From Chara braunii (taxonomy: Eukaryota; Plantae; Charophyceae): a stretch of 61,538 nt of DNA. The DNA is taken from NCBI GenBank assembly GCA_003427395.1, contig BFEA01000039.1:2292594-2354131 (forward strand), written 5' to 3'. Position numbers and translations under genes: made by a program. The notes beneath the pieces are model-generated. The model was not told the DNA's origin. It did no database searches and was given only the letters and a program-made list of their open reading frames with translations. The stretch's first letter is position 1. Every line of letters begins with the position of its first letter. Positions 24,461 to 37,700 of the stretch are shown one piece after another.

Positions 24461-25690
24461 TGCCCGTTTTGTCTTGATTGTGAGGGACATTTTGTGGTAG
24501 TATGTTCTGGTATTAACGACGATGGCGTGGTGCTGCGGTTGGTGTGACGACGACGTTGAGACGTCGTCAAATTGTTGGGAGGTGATTGTGTGTTGAGAGG
24601 GTGTCGCGGCAAGCGATCGCTCTAAGGAGTAGTGTGGATCACTTTTAGGGCGACTCGTTGTGACGACTGTCTTCGCTGGAGTGCGATTTTACACGGTCTT
24701 TTTGAGTGAGCCGTCTCTTCAGCTTCACTCAAGGTCAGTTAGTTTGACTCAAATTCTTCACACCTTGTGTGAACCCACACTTGCTTGACCCTGTTCTTTG
24801 AACGATTCACTGAAGAGGTACACGAAGTTGTGTTCTGTCTGCATGTGTGAATAAAAGTATGACATGAGTTTGAATTGCATTGTTTTTTTTTTAACTCCTT
24901 GTCCGATCTGATGTGCAGGTAGGTAGAAGGATGCCTGAAAAAAAGGAACTTATTCATGTTAATGGAAGTGAATGGAAGGGTGATTGTTTTCTATTTTCTC
25001 GCTTGCATGCATGTTGAAGGGAAAGGCAACCAGTGGACGACGAAAAGGAATTTGATCACTCAAGGAGGAAGAAATCAATTGGACATAGATTTTTTCCAAG
25101 GTTACCCATTCTTTCTCGAATGACCCTCTTTGTCTATGCCCGTCTGGGTGCATGATTTTCTCTTCTGATCTCCTTTTTCGTCTAAGTTACCCTTGATGTC
25201 AAGCGGCAAGGAACCATTTTTGTCTGTTGTCGTGGACATCTTTCCCTTTCTTATGAGGCATCTGATGCGAGGGTTCATTGCCTTAGGGGCCCGTCCTGCT
25301 ATCGACTTGGAGTGGACCGCTTATGCGGGGGGATATCATGCTGTTGTGGTGGAGCCAGCTTGACTTCTGAGATTCGAGGTTCACTCGGGCGAGGACGAGG
25401 GGTATCCCAAACCACCTCCTAGGGGAAGGACATGCGCCTCCTCACAAAAGGACCTCAAGTTCTTGGCGGTTGGCGTTAAGGACGACTGTCGTAGTTTACC
25501 CTTCTCGTGGCCGTCTTAGGAGCCCCATACGAATGAGGAACTGGCGCCACAAGAAGCCCAGTTTGTGTTTCACTAGCTACGGATGGAGTGTGGGTAGGTA
25601 CTACCTTCGCAGATAGGTTTGCATCATAAGAAATNCAAGTCTNGGGCAATCAGGCTAGTNGANAGTAAGATGTGGCCAGAGCATTGCTTT

Positions 25691-25780
25691 GAATGCATTT
25701 GTGTCGAAGGCGGATACTTCATTATTTATGGAACTGAAAGAGTAATTATTGTCCAAAAGGATAAAGCAACCAACAAAATT
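25691..25780 (+). pseudogene. Fragment of a DNA-directed RNA polymerase second-largest subunit (RPB2/RPC2/NRPD2-like)
   Basis: Translates as ECICVEGGYFIIYGTERVIIVQKDKATNKI, matching the conserved EC..D.GGYFIinGsEkVli.QE motif; flanks contain stops and Ns. Confidence 0.6.
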
Positions 25781-28700
25781 TGAAAGTGGATCCTCGATCT
25801 TAATGGGGCATCGAGTGTTTGATTATTCAAGATAATTGTTGACTTGCATAGTGGTGGCCAGATTACTTGCGGATGGCATTCACACCGAAGTTAGAAAAGT
25901 AAAGAAATCATCATTAAAGCCATGACATCCTTGCTCTACTTGAGTATTGAGATTTGTCTGTGTTTTTTTTCTAGCAGTCAGTATGGGGCGGAATTAAATA
26001 ACTTGGCAACGCATCTCATCAAATCGAAAAAGTCATGACAGTCCAGCCGTCTGGCAGGTAAAGTGGTGATACTTTAATCAGATGTCATTTAAGCGTTATA
26101 TTGTGTATAGGTCATGCTTTGTTCTTTTATCGATAAGTGTTGTTTGAAGCCAAGTCAACCTTTATTGTGTGCATTATTGTATTACACATAGGTTAATAAT
26201 CAACTACCGTTGACATGAGTCTTCTTTTCAAAGGGCTTGTCTGAGTAGCTCAGTATCGTCTTTGAAAGAAGGGACTAGGATCGCTAGAGTATTTCCTTAT
26301 GCTTGGAATATCACGTCCTAGTCGACCAGCGTACTTTCCGATTCCTGGGAGATCAGCGCCCCAGGGACGGACGATGTTCAGGTCCACTTTGGCGTTAACC
26401 ATGTGTACCTTTGCTACAACGAAGGAGCAAACGCCCTCGGTCGGCCCACCTCTGCAATTGCATTATAAAAGTCTTCGCATGTGGGTCAGTAGCTCGGCGG
26501 GGATACGCCCCTAAGGGTGGTGACAGCCCCTCAGGGAAGGTAAGTTGTGCATCGCGAGAACCTATCCTGTCGTAGGGGACCGCGGGATGCACAGCTGGCG
26601 CACTCGGCCGGAGCAGCGAAGGGTCGACGCGGGTTAACGTGTCATCCCCGAGTTGTCTCTAAGAGGTTGAAAACCTAAGTTTCTCCTGCGTGACGCGGCC
26701 GGGAGGACCCTCTCTCGCGCGGGGGCCTATGCGCTCGACAGGTGGTCCCGTTGCCGGGGATAACAACAAGCTACTGTTGTCCCTGGTGGAAAGACACTCG
26801 AGAATGAAATAAGTAAAAGGTTATGCTTTAGTGGTCGTGTAAGAAAAAAAGGTCAGTAATCTATGAACTTCTACAAATGTAAGGAAAAAAACTTAATAGA
26901 TGCCACCAAACTCCTAGACTGATCTTTTGGGTTCATGGCCTGGTTTCTAGATGGACAGTGCCGCATGACGTCACATTAACGTCGACGATGGGAGGAACGA
27001 TATTCGAGAACTGGCACGGGTCATCCGGCAGTTGCACTGTCGCGCGCATCGGTCAGGCACCGCACAAGGGCAGTAGCACAACTCAGTAGCGGTATGAACT
27101 GTAACTCGAAGTATGTTGGCCACAACTCATGAGCACAATTTGAAACCAACTTGTACAGCAGGTGCCCATCACGTGCAGTTACTGCAGATGGTACTCTGAG
27201 TGGAGAAACACCGACTTCCTCGTGTCATAGCCTGAGCGCATCGTCTGCCCGCCTAGTGATCTGTAGCGAACCCAACCCGACAATGTTCGTACTTGGCATG
27301 CGAGAGTAATTAGATCCTCGATAGTGGGGCAGATGGTCACAATCGCAATGTCCTTTATGCTCAAAGAGTATGTTGGTATATCGGCAGTAGCATGCAATGA
27401 CCATACTCTGTGGCCCTCTNGCGAACTACAAATGTCATTCGNAGAGCAATGAGACGCAGNAGTCCCAGCATGCAGACAGATAGTGGTATTGAATGCTGCT
27501 CAACAAGCATTTCGTCGAAAAAGCACCAACACAGCCCTGCAGCGCTATGGAACGTAACTCGTAGCACACTNGCCATGCCTTCGTTACCATCGCCTGAAAC
27601 CTCAACCGGTACGACTCGTAGCCACCACCCGCAGTTGTTGTGGTCAACACTGCGCACGAGGGAGCCCATCCTTCCTCATGTCACGGCCATAGCCCCGAAT
27701 GCATTTTTCTTCACTAACTTTTTCTCTACTAACTTTTACCTCCTTCTGGNCTTGAATCCGATGTCACCCGCCCTAAGAATCCCTGATCTTGTCTTTTGCT
27801 CGACCCGGTTTCATCATCGATCGGGTGAGATTTTCACTCTTCACCTCGTTCTTCTCAACACCTTCACGCTGTTTATACCTCAACTAACTCTTACTTTGCT
27901 AACTTACTATTAAAACTAACGTCAAATTTGGAATCGCCGGGGGTGAGAACCCCAAGTTCGCCTTTCCCTACACCCGATTCTGTTTAGGAACGAGCGGGCT
28001 ATGGCTTTTGCTTCCCCGCCATAGCTGCTCCCACCACCGATGCTCCACCCCCACCCGGCCCAAACTTCCGTCCGGGTACACTCGCACCTGTCTGAGCGCC
28101 CTAACTAGCTATCTCCCTTCTTTTTATTGGCCTCCCTCACTACCGCCTCAGACCAACTAACCATCCTATAGACACGTTTCTGGCCCGTGGCTAACTGCAC
28201 ACTACTTCAATCACTTTGATGGACAACAACGAACGAATCTTCCCCTAACCCGAGGCTAGGTGCATCTGCATATTGCCGCTCTCTTATTCGAGCGCAACTT
28301 CCAATCTTCGTACCTCAAAAATTAGCGTTCAGACTGCAAATCTGGCATTGCCACTGAATTCGCCCCATCTCAGGACCTCAGCCTCGCACTTTTCTTCGCC
28401 CAACTTAGTTGAAACTCGCGTGAGCTTCTCCTTCCCCGTTGCGCCTCACTCACCTTCTCGCCATCTCTTTGCGCAGATCCTTCTCCTCTGGCCACCCACT
28501 GACTCTCTGTTGTGCTTCTCCAACCACAGATTTGGGCTCGCCCGGGGACACAACCCCTGATTCACCTCTCATCCCGATGAAACCAGCTTGGGGTCACGAT
28601 CACTATACTTCCTTGACTGCACCCGGCCACCTCTTCCGTCAATGCACCCGGCGCTGCTTTGTATCCGGGTTCAGTCCGAATTCACTCCGCTGCCTCGCTC

Positions 28701-28797
28701 CGCTTGTTGCCGCTAGTCCCCCCGTCGCTCAGCTACCCCAACTTTTGCACGTACCTGGCTTGAATTTGCGCCAGGGTTTCAACCTCTTTGTCGTCTC

Positions 28798-28865
<68 letters not shown>

Positions 28866-29829
28866 CCGACACAAGCGCCTCTCCGTAGCGCAGCTACGGC
28901 GGGCTTCCTTCCCGACGGCAATCCCCATTGTCTACCACTACCTCCGGTTCTACATCCCGTCGTCGCCGAGGCCATTGTCTCAGTGCTCCCGCATGGCTTA
29001 CGCAAGTGCGACCGAACGACTGCTGGCTGCTTCTTGACTTATGCTTCCACAACTTATTGACCTGCCTCCCCGCTCTGGCCCTGATCTGCCATCTTCTGCC
29101 ATAGAGCTCTTCCTCTCTGTTTCCCAAGAACCTGGAACGGCCCACGTCCGGGTTCACCCGGTGCTCGTCTTCGCCTCCTCCGGCCCCTAGCCGGCCCGCT
29201 AGGTCCGAATTACAGTACCCCGCGCCCCGACTGATAATGCCTAGCCCTTAGGACATGTGCCAACTACTCCCCAGTTCCGGCCATCCTGTAGCCCAGTTCC
29301 GGCCATCCTGTAAAAAAGTCCGGGAAGGCCTGCTATAGTCGATGTCGTCTGCCCTTTCGCCGCTACTCCAAGCTCCCTACTGTAAGTCGAGGATGGCGGG
29401 GGGGGTGTATCCACCGGCCCTTGGCTTGGCCAAGTCTACTCCGTCATCCCGTGGGATCCTGGCGGATGACCCGCTTAGTAGTACTACGCGCCTCCCCGCA
29501 GTATCCCGCAGCTAGACCCCCGACTGATCTGTACATCAGTACGGTCGCGGCCCCCGCCCCAGAAAAANNNNNNNNNNNNNNNNNNNNNNNNNNNNNNNNN
29601 NNNNNNNNNNNNNNNNNNNNNNNNNNNNNNNNNNNNNNNNNNNNNNNNNNNNNNNNNNNNNNNNNNNNNNNNNNNNNNNNNNNNNNNNNNNNNNNNNNNN
29701 NNNNNNNNNNNNNGATGACCCGCTTAGTGGTACTACGCTCCTCCCCGCAGTATCCCGCAGCCAGACCCCCGACTCCCGACTGATCTGTACATCAGTACGG
29801 TCGCGGCCGCCGCCCCAGAAAAAACAAAA

Positions 29830-30439
29830 ATAAAAATAAAACTAGAGAAATAAACGGGTCCGCGTTCGGACTCCCCTTAGCAAAACCAAGGGGGATAGTC
29901 CCACGGGACCCTTAACCCCTCAGCTCCTTTACTGCTCCTTCGTTGCCGCCTGCTGACCTCGATCCCCGTATCTCCACTGCGAAAGTCTCGTAGCGTAACC
30001 TATAGGGCTAAGCCCATACCTAGGATTAATGTGTGCGGTCTCCTATATAGATGGGTGCTGCTCAGCTCCTAGGCCTAGGAATCAGTCCCAACCTTTATTC
30101 GTTCTTCTAACTAAGCATGGTGTCACTAGGCCTCTGCACCGGCTTGCCCCCTCGTGTATGTCGGCCTACTTGTGGTCAGCCGTCCTGGATATAAACACAA
30201 CTTCTATTCCTAAAAGAAATTGATGCCGGCCAACTAAGCCGACAACCTAATCAAGCGGAGGAATCACACAAGCGCCTTAAGACGGTGCGCCCACTCACGC
30301 TCTACTCTAGTAAACCTTCCCACCTATGTAACCAAGCAGACCTAGGCACGTCTCGCGCCGTACACTTAGATTTTAAGCTTACTTCCTGTCACTCGCAAAA
30401 ACTAGGGCGGATACCCTTGTCAGGGTATTCGCACCGACA
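29830..30439 (-). mobile_element. Probable LTR terminus (minus-strand TG.. start) abutting and truncating the gag of the next element; left boundary uncertain
   Basis: The minus strand begins TGTCGGTGCGAATACCCTGACAAGGGTA at 30439, exactly where gag-like coding sequence begins on the plus strand. Confidence 0.4.
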
Positions 30440-33400
30440 GCAGCGAGAGCCCTACCCCAAGATTGATGTTCCGTTGTTCGATGGAAATCATGCCTCTTCT
30501 TGGGCTGATAAGTTCGAACAGCTAGGATATAGCAACGAATGGACGGATGAGAAGATGCTTCATATGGTCAAAAGGTACTGCAAGGNGGAGTACCGAGACG
30601 AGATCGGTGAGCTGGTCCAAATCACCCGTGATTGGTCAGACTTCAAGGCGCGGCTGTTGGAGAAATATCAGCTCAGCGACCGGCTGCTCGACCTGCAGGA
30701 TTTTAGGGTTGTGGATCGTAAAANGTTTGGTACTACCAAACAATTCTTATCGGAGTTTGAGCATGTGGCTCGCCTAATCCCGGATCTATCCGACAAAGAT
30801 CGCTGCCTCATCTTCCTTGACAACTTCAACGACGNCGAACAGTCGAAGTTGGTTGAAGGAATGCAAGGGAGGTATGACAAGACTAAGGTCCGGCAAAATG
30901 CGTTGGTGGGAACGTTCGACGATATCCTTTACCCGTTGTTGAGGCAGCAAAAGGAGGAGCGGGAGAAAATGAAGCTGGGAGAGGTGAAGGACGGTGAGAT
31001 TTACAAAACTTTGACCTGCATGAGAGAAATGATGGAGGGCATGAAAGAGGAGAGGCTGAAGTTTCAAGTTATGCTGGCCAAAGAGAAAAAGAGNNAGAGG
31101 AAGGGGAAAGAGCCGGCAGAAGAAGAAAGCGACAGTGAGAGNGAGGAGGAAAAGGAGTCGCCTCGTAAGTTGACAAAGGCAGAGAGGAAGGTCTTGAATC
31201 AAATTCGAGGTGGACAGGGGACCTCCCATAAATAGGGGAAGAATGGTGGATAAAATAATAAAGGAGGGAATGGCAGCGCTGGCGGTGGTTCGTCAGGACA
31301 AAGTTCCCAGGATCAGGGGCAGTTCCAGCCGCAGGGTGGACGAGGCCGCGGTCGAGGTCGTGGGAACGGACAGCGAAACGTTGGGCGTGGCAGCAGGAGG
31401 CCATGTGTAACTATTGTGCAGAAAATGGTCATATTATGTGGTTTTGTCAACTTCCTTCAAAAGACAAGAAGGAAGGAATAGTCTTCACCACGATACGCGG
31501 TGAAGTCTTTGATTATGAAGGGAATCTGATTGACCCCAACATTGAAGGGGGTATGAGGAAGGAGGCGTTTCGCCGAATGGGTCATCCCCTTCCGGCGTCC
31601 TTCCGGATTGCCTCCCCGGAAGAAGTACGGTTGACCGAGGTCGAGGAGGCCATGGCGTTATTACATATCAATGACTCATCGGTGGAGCCGGAAGGATTTA
31701 GGGAGCAAGTGGTAGAATGAGCGAAAACTATCACGAGGAGGCTTGCCCGATGTCGGGACTCTATCATCCGACTTTGCGTGGACATGGAGGAAGTCTGGCC
31801 TGGATTGCCAAATGTCTTTCTTTTTGGCGAATGGGGTGATAAAAGGGAAGATGTGTCTGGCCAAGCAGGGACGTCTACTCCGAGAGAAGAATCACAAACT
31901 AGGCCGATGGTAAGCACAATGCAACCCAGGTGTGTGCTAACGAGAAGTCCTCCGACTGTAGCCGTTCAGACTCGGATGCGGTGGCGAAGCGAGCAGCTTC
32001 AGAAGGAAAAAGGGTGTGAAAAGGCAGTGGAAGAAGAGCCTATCCCCGTTACTGAGAACGAAGAGGATAACGAGGATGAGAAGTCGCGGTCCGAAGAGGA
32101 AGAACGGGCTCGTCGTCGTGCGCTGGAAAGGGAACCTAAGAAAGGGAAAGCCGAGGTAATCGAGGAGGAGCCACGAAAGAAGAAGAACATTTACTCGATC
32201 CCCATGGAGCAAGGGATCGATATTGAGCGACTCGTCAATAAAATCTTGGAGAGTCAGCGTGACTTGGTCACGCTGAAGGAAATTTTGGCAGTGTCGCCAA
32301 AGATTCGAGAAGAATTTAAACAACGAATGACTCGCAAGAGGGTCATGACTGTTAAGCTCGGCGAAGTCATTCCGTCGGAGGCTAACTGGTCTCCACCTGG
32401 GACAAAGATGGATTGGCGAAGTGTGTCGACCGACCATATGAAGGTCCAGATTGGACAGTAGGAGTATTCGACACTTGTGGATGATGGAGCCAAGATGAAC
32501 ATCATTCCCACAGCGCCATGCCATTGAAGTGGGGTTAAAGATCAACCGAGAAGATTATGGATTTTTTGTGCGAGCTAGTGGATCGACTCCATTCTGCAAA
32601 ACCGCCAGTGGCGTTCTTGTCACGGTCGGAAAAGTCCAGGTATGTTCTTATTTTTACGTGTTACCTAGAGTGAAACACGAGGTACTTCTGGGAAGGGCAT
32701 TCCTATGTCGGTCGTAAAGCATCATCATTAACAAGCATGATGGAAGAATGTGTGTGATCCTTTGCGATCCTGTCTGCGGCTACAACGAGGTGGTCTAGTG
32801 TGCGAACACTGGACCCCATTGCTCGCGGAACCAGCTGAATCCGAAATCGTATACCTTCCCGGAGTCAGAAAAATTGAGAAGGGAGAAAGAATCGTTAGGG
32901 GAGGAGCCGAACCCTCGTGAGTTCTCACTGACCCTGCCTGATATTGGGCAGGCAATCGATTTTGTGTCGACACATGCTGCGATCGATCCAAATGTAGTGC
33001 AAGCACTAACGGAGATCATCACGGACACCGGAAGCGTAGGAACTATGCGCCTTGTTTACTCCCCGTCGGAGGGAAATGGGGGAGAAGATCAAGAATTGCC
33101 CTCCACTCGACAAGATCCTTTTTTAGAGGACGCAGGCTTGACACCGGCGCCAAACGTAAGTACAAGAAAGTAGGCGTGAAAGCAAAGTCGATGCCTGTTC
33201 TGATCACTCGGGAGGAGGAAGTCTACTATCGTGAGGAGCGTGAGTGGATCAGAGAAGTGGAGGACAGAGATGAAAAATGGTCATGTCGATTAACCAAAGA
33301 AAGAGTGGACAGTATGATCATTGGGGAGGAGGACCTCCTTACTGAGCAGGAAAAGGGGTCATCGATATATTAAGGGAGGAATATCTCGCCTATGCATTTG

Positions 33401-34790
33401 ATGATGATTAGCGAGGAAGGCTGAATGTTGATAAAATCCCTATGATCAGAACCCATATTGTACGACATGAGCCATGGAATGTAAGAGGACCACGTTATCC
33501 GAATCCGGAAGATCATCGTAAAGTAGTCGCGTATCTTGATGGGAAGATCCGGACAAAGGTTGCAGATTATTCTTACGGGCCGTATGCATCTCCATGGTTC
33601 TGTTTCATCAAACCGAATGGTACTCTGCGATGGATTCATGACCTCCAGAAGTTGAATTTAGTGACAGTGCGGGATGCAGCTGGACTTCCACATGCAAACC
33701 TACTGTCAAAGTCCTGCCCAGGGAGGTCTATCATCACTCTGATCGATTTATACTCCGGGTATGATCAATTTCCCATTTACATTGCGGATCCGCCCAAGAT
33801 GGCAATGCACACTCCTCGCGGGCTGATCCATATGTGTGTGGCGCCGCAGGGGTGGACGAATGTCGTCGCCATTGTTCAAAGATATATGACGAGGGTTATN
33901 TAGCCTTATTGNCCTGGCATAACTTCGCCGTATATTGACGACTTGGNTATTCCAGGGCCTCGAACGAAAGACCTGGCNGAGNTGTTGTCGGGCATTCGCC
34001 GCTTTGTCTGGGAGCACATCAATGATGTGGTGAAAGTCCTTAAGAGGTTGAAGGAGTTTANTCTCACAGTTAGTGGGATTAAGTCTCGACATTNTATGAG
34101 GAGAGAGCAGTGATCTTGGGATTCCTTTGCGATGAGACAGGTCGTCGACCGGATGCGAAAAAGACTAATAAAATCTTGGAATGACCGACCCCTTTCAAGT
34201 CGATCACAAATGTGTGAATTTTCCTTGGAACCTGTGAATTTTGGTGTATCTTTATCCGCAAGTTTGATGCCAGGTTGGAGCACTTGCGAAAGCTTCTGCG
34301 CAAAGGCCAAGAATGGGAATGGGGTCCGAAGCAGCAAGCGGTCGTGGAGGACATAAAGATAGAGTTTCGTGAGGGCGGATTGATTCTTGGAGTTCCTTTC
34401 TTCGACGATGACACGAACCGTCCTTTTGTTATTGAGACTGATGCGGGTCCCCCAAGCCTAGGAGGGGTCTTGATTCAAAAGAATGCTGAGGGACAGGAAA
34501 GACCTCTCAGATTTGAGAGTAGGACCCTAAATGTTGCTGAGAGGAACTATTCTTAGTTCAAGAAGGAAACTTTGGTCGTGCTTCATTGTTTCCGAATCTT
34601 TCGGAATTATGTGTTCGATAGACGCTTCATCCTGCGGGTGGACCCGACTGATTTCGCTCAATCTTTAAGGAATTACTCACCTTTTGATCCCATTATTGCA
34701 CGATGGATGATTATATCTGGATGCTTCACTTTAAAATTGAGCAGATTTCAGGGAATCAAAATCGCGCAGATGGGTTGAGTCGGGTTGAGC
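30440..34790 (+). mobile_element. Degenerate Ty3/gypsy LTR retrotransposon 1 (gag, zinc knuckle, protease, RT, RNase H)
   Basis: gag PKIDVPLFDG..WADKFEQ; CNYCAENGHIMWFC knuckle; LVDDGAKMNII protease; RT YASPWFCFIKPNGTLRWIHD..IDLYSGYDQF..PQGW..PYIDD; RNase H VIETDAG..RPLRFESRTL; many stops and frameshifts. Confidence 0.9.
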
Positions 34791-37700
34791 TGGGCTTGAG
34801 AGATGAGCCCCATCGCTTGATGAGTGCCAACCAAAAATCGGACATGAACCGAGTGTCGCGGTCGCAGACGATCTCCTTGGGGTAACCCTTGGTGCGAATC
34901 CAACCGGCGTACAGAACCTCGGCCAACTCCGGTGCCTTGGCATGATAGCGACAAGGCAAAAACATGGCGAACTTGGTGAGTCGGTCGACCACTGTGAGAA
35001 TCCCATCCACTCCGGTCGTGTGCTTGGGGAACAGGCCGGTGATGTCCATGGCAATCGCTTCCCTTCACCTCAACGGGACTGGCAATACGGACGATGGTTG
35101 CGGGATTTGCAGCGTCGACAAACCTCGCATGACTCGCAATAGTGTGAGACGTCGCCGAGAAGGCCGGGCCACCAAAATCGCTGGCAAAGTCGGCCAATCA
35201 TGTGATTGACTCCACAATGTCCGGTGGCGGGAGCGTCGTGGAACTCGCCAAGAAGCCGTGTATGCAAGTGAGGATCACTTGGTACGCAAAGAAGGTCCTT
35301 CCCCCGCGTGTGGACAAGCAAGTACCCCTCCTGGATCCGGTAGTGAGAAGGAGCCGGATTAGGCGAGGAGCAATTAGCGTACTTGTCGCGAAACTCGGGG
35401 TCGGCTTGGTAACTGCGGATGAAGCTGTTCCGCAGGTCATCGTCAATCTCGAAAGTCGAGTAGACCGCGGTACAGTGATCCGGACGCCGTGAAAGAGCAT
35501 CCGCAAAACGGTTCGACTTCTCGGGAATGTGATCGGGAAAGAAGTCAAACTGGTCGATGAAAGCCATCCATCGAGCGATGGTGCTGTTGACGGTGTCTTG
35601 GGTCTTGTAGAAGACCAACGGATTATTGTCCGTTACCCAGCGAAATTGGCTTCGACCAAGGAGGAAGTGCCGCCACCGCTTGAGTGCGTGGACGAAGGCG
35701 AGGAGCTCTTTTTTGCGTGCATCGTCAATGGAATGCACGAGTGGCACTTTCTTGCTGAAGTACTCGACCGCGTGCCAGTCCACACCATCATGTTGCTCTA
35801 GGACTGCACCAATGCTATAGCCTGACGCATCTGTAGTGACACGTGTAGGCGCGAGCGGGTCGTATATCCGCAAGACCTCCACAAACAATAGCGCGGCTTT
35901 GAGAGCGAGGAATGATCCCCGCGCCTCCTCTCCAAAGTCAAACGGCCGATCCTCCCACTGAAGCTTGTTCAAGTGGGCCGCGATCTTGGAGTAGCCTTTG
36001 ATGAAGTGCTGATAGTAGCCGGTAAGACCGAGGAACGAGCGGACATCCGTGACGTTCCGAGGCTCCAGCCACTCTTGGACGGCCTGAATCTTATCCGATA
36101 GCGGACTGATGCCCTCCGGTGTAACAAAATGGCCCAAGTATTCCAGCTCTTGCCGGACAAATTCGCACTTGTCGCGGTTGGCCTTATACTTGGCACGACG
36201 GAGCGTCTCCAATACTCGTCGAAGATGTCCAAGATGATCCTCCAATGTCCGGCTGTAGACGAGAATATCGTCTAAGTAGACCAGCACGAACCTGTCCAAC
36301 ATTGCACGAAACTCATTGGTTATCGCCGCCTGGAATGTCGTCGGGGCGTTGGTGAGGCCAAACGGCATGACCACCCACTCAAAATGCCCGTACCGCGTCT
36401 TGAATATGGTTTTATAGCGATCATTTGGCTAAATCGAGATTTTATGGTATCCTGATTTCAAATCCAACTTGGAAAATACTTCGCACCGCCCAGCCGCTCG
36501 AGAAGATTGTCGGTGCGAGGAAGAGGTCCCGCATTCTTGACGGTTTGCGCGTTGAGCTTGCGGTAGTCGATGCACAATTGTAGATCCTTGTTCTTCTTCC
36601 TGACGAAGAGAACTGGTGCTCCATATGGGGAGCTACTCGGGCGGATCCAGCCCTTGGCCAACAAATCATCGAGTTGTGCGCGGAGTACCTCAAAGCTCTT
36701 CCTCGCTCATCCGATAGATGCAACCTTTCGGCGGCACGACACCGGCCTCAAGAATGATCTTGTGAGATATTGGCCGACCCGGCACCATACCGGTAGGTGA
36801 CTCGAAGATGTCGGTGAACTCGTCCAGCAACCGTACCACACGGGGTTCCGAAGACAAGTCAGTGGGTGAAGATTCGGCTACCGCGACGGTCTGTAGGAAA
36901 CACGTGTCGATCTCCTCGGGCTGCTCGTAAGCACAAGTCGCCCGGAATGATTTGGCCGTCACCACTTGGCACCGGATCGAAGAGTGCGGTAGAGGAATCG
37001 TACACGCCACTTCCGCGTCGAAGGCGTCGCGAACGCTAAGAGTCCGCCGATGGAAGTTGACCGTGTGATCCACACTTGCGAGCCAAGGCATTTCCAGAAT
37101 GATGTCGAAGTCCGTGTCGAGAATATCGAATGTTACCGGTTCGCATGCATGAGGTGCGAAGTAGACTGGTACAGCCTCGATGTAACGGTCGAGACGTTGT
37201 TGCGTCTTACCATCCGCCAACTTGATCGCCGTCGGGTTTACCTTCCTCCGAACCTGAGCGCCAAGGCCAGTTCTTTGCATAAAAGACTGACTCATGAAGT
37301 TGCGAGTCGCGCCGCTATCCCGCAAAGCGCTTCAGGACGCTTGCCCAACCTGGATGCGGACATACATGAGCGATGCATTGTTGTTATCGTACCTCTGCGT
37401 GCGAAACTCGCTGTCCACCTTGGTAACGTACGCCAGGATGTCCCCCACCGCGACTTCGTCATCCGTCGGTGAAGTTGGTGGTGCATAGAAGGAAAGGTAA
37501 GTGTGGAGATGAGCGCTAAGTGCTGCGCATTGTGGTCCCGGCAAACAGCCTGTGATCGGGAGGGGAAGCCATGCAAAGTCCTCAGACGTGAGCGGGTCCA
37601 AAACCTCTATCTTGAACTCGCGCGCCGAATCCCGTGACGAACCACTTGAAGACGATATGTCGCTGTTGGCGGACGGAGAAGAAACCGCACACACTCCTTG

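Noticed and set aside
26490-26800. Telomerase RNA, SRP RNA, RNase P/MRP or HDV ribozyme identity for the structured island
   Set aside because: Only partial motif resemblances (aaaacctaa, gagcagcga, gggaaggt). The required template, helix or pseudoknot pairings could not be completed.
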